Source of the DNA: Eledone cirrhosa
Taxonomy: Eukaryota
Length of the DNA stretch: 64,000 nucleotides
Reading direction: 5' to 3'
Assembly: GCA_964016885.1 (NCBI GenBank)
Contig: OZ024745.1
Location: forward strand, 115,196,001 to 115,260,000
The notes below the pieces were generated by a model that saw only the letters and a program-made list of their open reading frames with translations, searched no databases and was not told the origin of the DNA. The position numbers and the translations under genes are program-made. This document shows positions 56,479 through 64,000 of this stretch, piece by piece (position 1 is the stretch's first letter; every line of letters starts with the position of its first letter).

Positions 56479-57346
56479 AGGAGACAATTGTTTCTCCTCT
56501 GCTTAAAACAGTTATTTTTAAAGGAAACCCATTATTAAGATTTCATTTATTTAAGATATTTACTTCTTAATTATGTAGATCTCTTAATAATTTATGGATT
56601 ACAGAAGTCACAAGATGAAGATCAGGAACTATGAATTTCGATTTCCCGTCATATTCTGCGTTGAAATTTCTCTAGTCTCAACAAATTTGGTCCAGATTTT
56701 GCTGCAGAGCTTATTACTTCGACCAAGTACATTTGCAGTAGGGTTCGTGGCATCTACATTCTTCATTCACCCAGGTCTGTTATTACTATGCAGCACGACA
56801 TAGTAATAAGAGACGAAATTTGGCTTGTACAGAGAGAATATCCAGCTTCTCTTTGGTAAGACTCCTAGGTTGATTTTTTTTCATACAACTCTCCATAGAT
56901 TCGAGACATGGTTTATCCACAACCTTATGCTTCTTCTTGGGAGTGTAAGAAACATTTCCCTGTCTTTTGTTTCTTCTCGGCTCCAAAACACAATCTTCAA
57001 CTTGGTTCTTTTCTTCATTTCTTTCATTAACCTTTGATCTGGAGAGGGGTGGGGGAGAGAAAAATAATTAATGGTGCAACGATATAATGGATTTAAACAG
57101 TAAAAACTGATTGAGTAAAACACAAAATAGGCCTCAATGGTGTCGCGGACTGTTAAATTAAAACATTGCAACATAATCTTGTATAAGAACCTTATGAAGA
57201 AGTCAAGCACCTTCATATACCAGGGTAGTGAACAGAAACTTTAACGGTTCAATCCTCTCTATCATCCAAGACACCAAACAGTGCCTGTATACGTTAATCA
57301 TTGTGTGCCAATTGAGACATGTACATATTATAAGTAACTAGGTATA

Positions 57347-57664
57347 ACATTCCATAATAATATATCCTATCACTGAGACCTTCCCATGTAGTCTTATCTG
57401 GAAACCATAACGATATGTTGTTTAACTCCAGATTAGATTAATATCATTTAACATCCCAGCTACGTTTTACGAAATATTTCAATTTCTAACAGGTCAAAGA
57501 AACTCTCAGAAAAATATATACAACTCTGAAGATGGAGAACTGCTTCAGTTATATAGTTTAACAAATGTATTAGAAATTATTTATTGCTTTTAAACATTGA
57601 AGTTTGGGCATGTTGGGAAACCGTCTTCAACGGTTTACTATCGTATAAATTATAATTATAATTT
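57347..57664. repeat. 318-bp direct duplication, copy 1 (copy 2 at 59498-59815)
   Basis: Ungapped alignment at offset 2151 with about 10 substitutions by eye. Confidence 0.93.
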
Positions 57665-57689
57665 TAATACTCAGGTGACTAGGTTGATG

Positions 57690-58275
57690 ACCTACCCGTG
57701 GTTAGCATTGGTGGCCTACTTAGCTTGGACGAGCTTCCTGTCTGCATTGCCCTCAGAGTGGGAGCTGACGTCTGTACCGGTCTGAAATGTCGATGTGGTA
57801 GGCTCCTCAACTTCACGGTCTATCTTGCCGCCTGAATATCGGTTGCTTCGCGTGTCATACTGAGCTAAACCTTATCGTCAAGAGGGCTTGATGGAACCGT
57901 CTGGGTTTTCCAGAATTGATGGTAAAAAACCTAACGGTCTCACCCTGTGCCCCTAGTTAAAAAGCAGGTATCTAATCTGGGATGTCACAGTTAGTGACTC
58001 TTTTGCTTCTTCCCACATCCTGGATGCTGCAGTTAGGGTGAGAGCTACAGCTTCTGTAGCCGAACGGAACAAAATCCTGACATACCGTGATCTGTTGGTT
58101 AACTACATATTCCACCCTGTGGCATTCAAGACGTTTGGGTCAGTCGGGATGCGAACTGCGAGGTTCTTGTCTTCACTGGCGGTTCGCTTAACTGATGCTC
58201 AAGAAGGCGCTTGGCTGTTCCAGCGCATCAGCCTCGTCATCAGCTAGGGTAACGCTGCGAGCCTGCTAGCTTGAC
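57690..58275 (+). mobile_element. CRE-like non-LTR retrotransposon (Zn knuckle + RLE), dead
   Basis: CIALRVGADVC...CRCG...HGLSC...H.ELN; EPSGFSRIDGKKPNGLTL; LIWDVTVSD; FHPVAFKTFG; WLFQRISL..GNAASL. Confidence 0.85.
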
Positions 58276-58997
58276 TCGAATTCTTAGAGGTTTTCCAGTG
58301 CTCCTCGCGATATTGTTAACTTTTGCTCTGGTAGCGGTTGGTTTGTCCACCCCTTCTACCCGCCTTTTGTTGTGTGTGGTTCTAGATGTGTATATTACTA
58401 GCTTGTGTTTTTTTTCCTTTTTCCTTTCCCTTTTATTTCTTTTTTCTCTTTTTATTTGTAATATGTTGATGACGGTTATGCAGACAAATAAAATTGCGTT
58501 ATCAAACTGTTTGACTCAACATAAGCACTAATATAGACATGATTGAACAAATTAGACTTTTAATTGCTTAAATTGATTATTAAAAATCTGGGGAAATATT
58601 AAACACAGAAAGAGAATAAATAGCTACGAAATATAATTATTAAATGAGACATTTTAACAACTATAAAAGCTCGCATCATAGTACAATGATGAAATAAGTC
58701 AATAAAGTAAGGGAAATAACTCTGACAGACGAGCAGAAACTGTTAGAAACCAATATATAACTCTGAAAATACAGTGTTTCACTTTGTGGATTAACAATTT
58801 TCATGTTGTTGCACCGTGTTGAAGGATTTACTTTTTTTATATATAAATTGTAATGAACTATACTTGGAAATAATCGCCACGAAAGTTGTTTTTCAGTCAT
58901 ATAAGCTTTTCGTTTCATTTCATTCCTTGTTTCTTAAAGACAATTTATCTAGACCACAGTTTAGTGTGTTATGTATGCGTATGTGGTTGTATGTAAA

Positions 58998-59058
<61 letters not shown>

Positions 59059-59497
59059 CTTTGTGCCACGTTATATGTGTGTATATGTACGCATGTATGC
59101 GTGTTTATACATGTATATCAGACTAAATCATGTTTAAAAAATAATGGTTTCTGATTTAGACACAAGGCCAGCAATTTGGGAAGAGGAGAAATCGATTAAA
59201 CCGACCCCAGTGTATTACCGGTGGTTGCTTCTTATCCCCATTTTCCCACCTGCAAATCCCCCACACACCACCATACCTCTAGACTAATCAAACTGCGGTA
59301 GAGCTAAAATATCTTAAATCTTTAACTCTAGCATCCCCATTACTACTACTATTATAATGTACTGAGTGTTTTGGGAAACTATCACTGTGCCCTTGAACAT
59401 GTACATACTATAAGTAGCAAGATATATAATTCTATAGTGATATATTCTATTACTGAGCTCTTGACAGTGAACAATTACATACTATATATAGCTAGAC

Positions 59498-59815
59498 ACA
59501 TTCCATAATAATATATCCTATCACTGAGACCTTCCCTTGTTTTCTTATCTGGAAACCATAACGATATGTTGTTTAGCTCCAGATTAGATTAATATCATTT
59601 AACATCCCAGCTACGTTTTACGAAATATTTCAATTTCTAACAGGTCAAAGAAACTCTCAGAAAAATATATACAACTCTGAAGATGGGGAACTGCTTCAGT
59701 TATACAGTTTAACAAATGTATTAGAAATTATTTATTGTTTTTAAACATTGAAGTTTGGGCATATTGAGAAACCGTCTTCAATGGTTTACTATCGTATAAA
59801 TTATAATTATAATTT
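59498..59815. repeat. 318-bp direct duplication, copy 2
   Basis: See 57347-57664. Confidence 0.93.
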
Positions 59816-59834
59816 GGTAGACGTATAGAATAAC

Positions 59835-60016
59835 TGTTTCTACTTTAGGCACAAGGCCAGCAATTACCCAGTGCATATTACTGGTACTTTATTTTATCGA
59901 CCCCGTAAGGATGAAAGGCAAAGTCAACCTCGGCGGGATTTGAACTCAGATCGTAAAGGGACGTAACTATGCTGGAAATCATGGCGTCCGACCCTCTACC
60001 GATACTGCCAATCCAC
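59835..60016 (-). mobile_element. SINE family 2 copy with 19-bp TSD
   Basis: TSD ggtaga(c/t)gtatagaataac at 59816-59834 and 60017-60035. Confidence 0.92.
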
Positions 60017-60426
60017 GGTAGATGTATAGAATAACGAACCGATGTAAGGGACGTAATTTAAAAAAAAAAAAGGTTTTTCGAAATGAGTGAGTGTAATGAA
60101 AGAACACACACATAAGAATAAATAAATAAATTAAAGAAAAATGGCGTAGGCATTACAATTCAACAGGAGGAAACATAATAGTATCACTGATGATGTCATA
60201 GATGTGTGACGAAAGAACTTTTATAGACTATATATATATATGTATTTTTAACGGTTGCTCAATCAATGATAAACATTGATTGCCAGATAAATTAACCATG
60301 GAGATATAAAAGGTACAGAAGCGAAAACCAACCCAAACCAAACAGTGAGTGTGTTCTGTTATTATTTCTGGCAAAATTATAACAATATGACCCTCCCCAA
60401 ATATAACAATATAACAATATATATAT

Positions 60427-61455
60427 CATCATCATCATCATCATCAACGTTTAACGTCCGTGTTCCACGCTTGCATGGGTTTGGACGGGGGTAGTCCCAC
60501 TTGAGGCAAGAGTGATTGTCTTGCTCGCATAGGACTGTCTGGCAGGTTTTCTACAGTTGGATGCCCTTCCTAACACCAACCACATTTACAGTGTGGGTCT
60601 GGGAGGTTTTTACCGTGTTGCCTACACGGCCACATTACAGCGTGGACTGTGTGTTTTTTTGTCGTGACACCTACACGATCTCATTTGTTTCGGCCTGGAT
60701 GGCGCGGCACCAACATAACTTTACATAGAACGGGGTGGTGTGGATGGGGTGGGGGTGGGACGGGGTGTATTTTGTTAGAGATGCCTACTGGCAAGGCGGG
60801 TCTTCTCTGTTACTGAGTACCGCCAAAGGTCTCGGTCCAGTGACATTGTCTTGGCGAGGTGTAAGTGTGTGAGGTCGGAGTTTATCAGCTCGTCCCAGGT
60901 TTTTCTAGGTCTGCCTATTCCGTGGCTACCGTCTATCTTTATTGCCCTGCACTTTGTTATACAGCTATCGACTTTCATGCGCATCACGTGTCCATACCAA
61001 CGTAGCCTTCTCTCGAGTAAACAACATCTGATCCCTCTTATTTCTAATTTTTTCCTTAGTTCGTTTATGCTTTGCCGTTCACGTATATTACTGTTACACA
61101 TCCAGCGGAGCATGCAAGCTTCGTTCCTCTCTAGTCTGCGTATATCCTCTGCACACAATGCCCATGTCTCACTGCCATGCAACATTGCTGTTCGTACAAC
61201 CTGCCTTTCATTTTTAGGGAGAACCCTTTAGCAGCTAATAGTGGTATAAGCTCTCTGAACTTTTTCCAACCAGTTCTGACTCTAGCTACTGTACTTTCAG
61301 AGCACCCTCCCCCACTGCTGATTTTATCGCCCAGGTAACGGAAGCTGTCCACTATTTCTATAGAACCCTCTGCGCAATTGAAAGAGCTAGTATTTTGTGG
61401 GCACTTGCTGCTACTTATTGCACCAGAACACCGGCCACATGTAAAATCTATGTTC
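60427..61455 (-). mobile_element. RTE LINE 3' portion with 3' UTR and (GAT)n tail
   Basis: VDSFRYLGDKISSGGGCSES...GWKKFREL, MLHGSETW, RLRWYGHV, GRPRKTW. Confidence 0.93.
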
Positions 61456-61487
61456 TTATATATATATATATAGTTTTAATATAGATG

Positions 61488-61538
61488 AGATTCTACAGGA
61501 CTAGAACTGTTTCATTCTTTAGAAATCATCAGGAATCT
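61488..61538 (-). ncRNA. Type I hammerhead ribozyme motif (second copy)
   Basis: Minus strand reads agattc-CTGATGA-tttctaaagaat-GAAACAG-ttctagtc-CTGTA-gaatct. Confidence 0.75.
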
Positions 61539-61607
61539 TTTATACTCTGCAATGTATTGAGTACCTTACTTACTGTGGTTACCTCCGATTCAACCCGGAA
61601 TAACGTA

Positions 61608-61723
<116 letters not shown>

Positions 61724-61864
61724 TATAAATATGTTCTTTCATTACACTTACCCATTTCGACTTTCATTACACTCACTCATTTCAAAAAAGAAATTTTTTT
61801 TTTTCAAATTACATCGGTTCATTATTCTAAACGCTTACCTATAATTTTAGTTATCAAACTGTTT

Positions 61865-62095
61865 GACAATAACATTCGTAAATACCTGGATTTGTCCAGT
61901 AAATATTTTTTCCAGCCTGTGGCGTTCGAAGCGTTTGGTGGAGTCGGGTGACTGATAGCAAAGTTCTTGTCATCGCTGGCGGCTCGCCTTACTGAGGTGT
62001 CACGTGATACCCGTTAGGTTGCCTGGTTGTTTCAGCGCCTGAGCATCGCATCACCCGTGGCAATGCTGCGAGCATATTGGCTTGCCTCAAAGTGT
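61865..62095 (+). mobile_element. CRE-like 3' fragment
   Basis: KYLDLSSKYFFQPVAFEAFGGVG...WLFQRLSIA..RGNAASIL; paralogous to 58075-58275. Confidence 0.8.
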
Positions 62096-62233
62096 TTAAT
62101 TAACGCTTATGATGTGATGTGCGATTGATTGTCGTATTTGGTATTGAATTGTTGGTCGTTTTTGTTTCTGCTTCCCCCTTTTTTCCCCCTCTCTCTCTTT
62201 TGTATGTTTATCAACGACATTATATTTGTAATG

Positions 62234-62424
62234 GGCAGTGGATTGGCAGTATCGGTAGAGGGTCGGACGCTATGATTTGACGCATAGAGTTATGGCCCTT
62301 GCCATTCTGAGTTCAAATCCCTCCGAGGTTAACTTTGCCTTTCATCCTTACGGGGTCGATAAAATAAAGTACCAGTAATGCACTGGATAACTGCTGGCCT
62401 TGTGCCAAAAGTAGAAACAATTAG
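62234..62424 (+). mobile_element. SINE family 2 copy with TSD
   Basis: TSD atttgtaatg on both sides. Confidence 0.88.
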
Positions 62425-62682
62425 ATTTGTAATGTTCTTCTGAACGAATTGCCAACAATTTATAATGTTATTTACGCACTTATAATGTTATTTGTAATGT
62501 TATTTATGTTTATATTTAAATCATATTTGTAATTTTTTTTAATGAAAGACACTTAAAAAAAAAATGTCAAACTGTTTGACACAATATAAACACTAGTATA
62601 GACATTAATGAACATTTAGACTTTTAATTGCTTAGATTAGTTCCTTAAAAAAAATGTGAGGGAATATTAAATATAGAAAGAG

Positions 62683-63268
62683 CCATGGAATATAGGTGGC
62701 TGAATTATGTGCAAGAATTGCAGGAGCTAGTGCAGTAATGCACCAGCTGCAGCATTCAGTAATCAAAAGAAGGGAGGTAGGTGTAAAAGCCGAACTGGCT
62801 ATCTTCAATTCAGTATTCGTGCCACCCCTTACCTATGGTCATGAATCTTGGGTAATGACTGAAAGAATATGATCGCGAATACAAGCGGCTGAAATGGGGT
62901 TTCCTCCGAAGGGTCTTTGGAGTAACGTTACTCGGTAGAGTGCGTAGATCGGAGATCAGGGAGTCACTCCAGGTAGAGCCGCCACTTTTCCAATTTGAGT
63001 GATTACAACTCCGATACTAAGGGGATGTGGTTAGAATGTCTCAAGAAAGAATCGCTGGACAGATTTTTACAGGTAAAACCAACCGGCAGGAGACCCAGGG
63101 GTAGATCTCGAGCAAGATGGTTGGATAAAATCTGTGAGGTTGGTTAGTCAGGCCTGGCGATCCATCTGGATCAGTTGGAAACGGTTCTGACAGGACCCAC
63201 TGGAAGGAGTGTTTGAGGATTCTATCCCCATGACCCTCTCAGGAATAAGTGGGCGAAGAAGAAGAAGA
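62683..63268 (+). mobile_element. RTE (Rex3/Expander-like) LINE 3' fragment with (GAA)n tail
   Basis: LAIFNSVFVPPLTYGHESWVMTER..SRIQAAEMGF..RV.GVTLL.RVR.SEIRESL; an empty paralogous site exists at about 58611-58620. Confidence 0.88.
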
Positions 63269-64000
63269 ATAAATAGCTACAAAATATAAGTTTGAAATGA
63301 GACAATTATAAAACCTAGAATCAGTACGATGAAGAAACAAGTTAATAAAGTAAGGGAGATAACTCTGTCAGACAAGCAGAAAGAAACATATGGAACTCAG
63401 AAATGGTGTTTCATTTTGTGGATTAATAATTTCCATGTTGTTGCACTGAGTTCAATAATTTACTTTTTTAAATATAAATTATAATACCTATTTCAGTTTG
63501 ATTCATCATTCTTAGTGTCTTTTTGTTCAATTTAATTCTACGAAACAGCATAAACACTAGGGCTAATATATAAATTTGAAAAATTGGGCATTAAAATTTT
63601 ACACACTTCTTGAGTATTAAAATAATATAATAAATTAAACATTTTTCTTCAAACTGGGAATTTAAATCTACGAATGATTCCTGAATGTATTAAAATTTTA
63701 CCTATGTGGAAAAAAAAAGAAGGAAAGAACAGAAAACTATTATGAAATCTAGAATGACAATTCAATGAATAAACATTTAAATAAAAAATAAATGTATTAA
63801 CCCTGTCATTGCAAATTAAATTCCATTTTGTGTGTTAGATGAAAAAGGCTATGTGATGATTTACAAGTATATGTGCGTGAGTGTATGTGAGGTTGAATTT
63901 AAGAGGCTTCAGTTACCAGTGAAACTAAGTTTTGTTATTTCAATTAACAAATCTCAGGGTCAATCCCCTCAAGGTAGTTGGACTTGATCTCTCTACTACA

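Overview
AT-rich, intron- and repeat-dense animal DNA. The SINE/RTE/CR1/Penelope repeat set and the microsatellite load suggest a coleoid cephalopod (Octopus-like); this is an inference. The one well-supported host gene is a + strand tetraspanin of the 8-cysteine TspanC8 subgroup (TSPAN5/14/17/33-like). It has 7 GT-AG exons at 7876-8213, 21015-21203, 25902-26090, 30830-30964, 43115-43162, 49887-50003 and 50685-50768, and the 5'-most exon was not located. The introns and 3' flank hold dead retroelements (L1/Tx1, RTE, Rex3-like, CR1, CRE-like, R4-like, Penelope GIY-YIG), two SINE families, TTAA and TA MITEs, and several satellites. Main points worth a second look: a family of minimal type I hammerhead-ribozyme motifs in Penelope-type repeats; satellites born from TE sub-segments, including an in-frame 57-bp array inside an RTE endonuclease; a 40-bp satellite with hierarchical higher-order structure; a 220-bp fold-back next to an exon; and a diverged tandem array of an exon-like module at 55.7-63.9 kb. 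All coordinates and alignments were read by eye, and TE boundaries are approximate.
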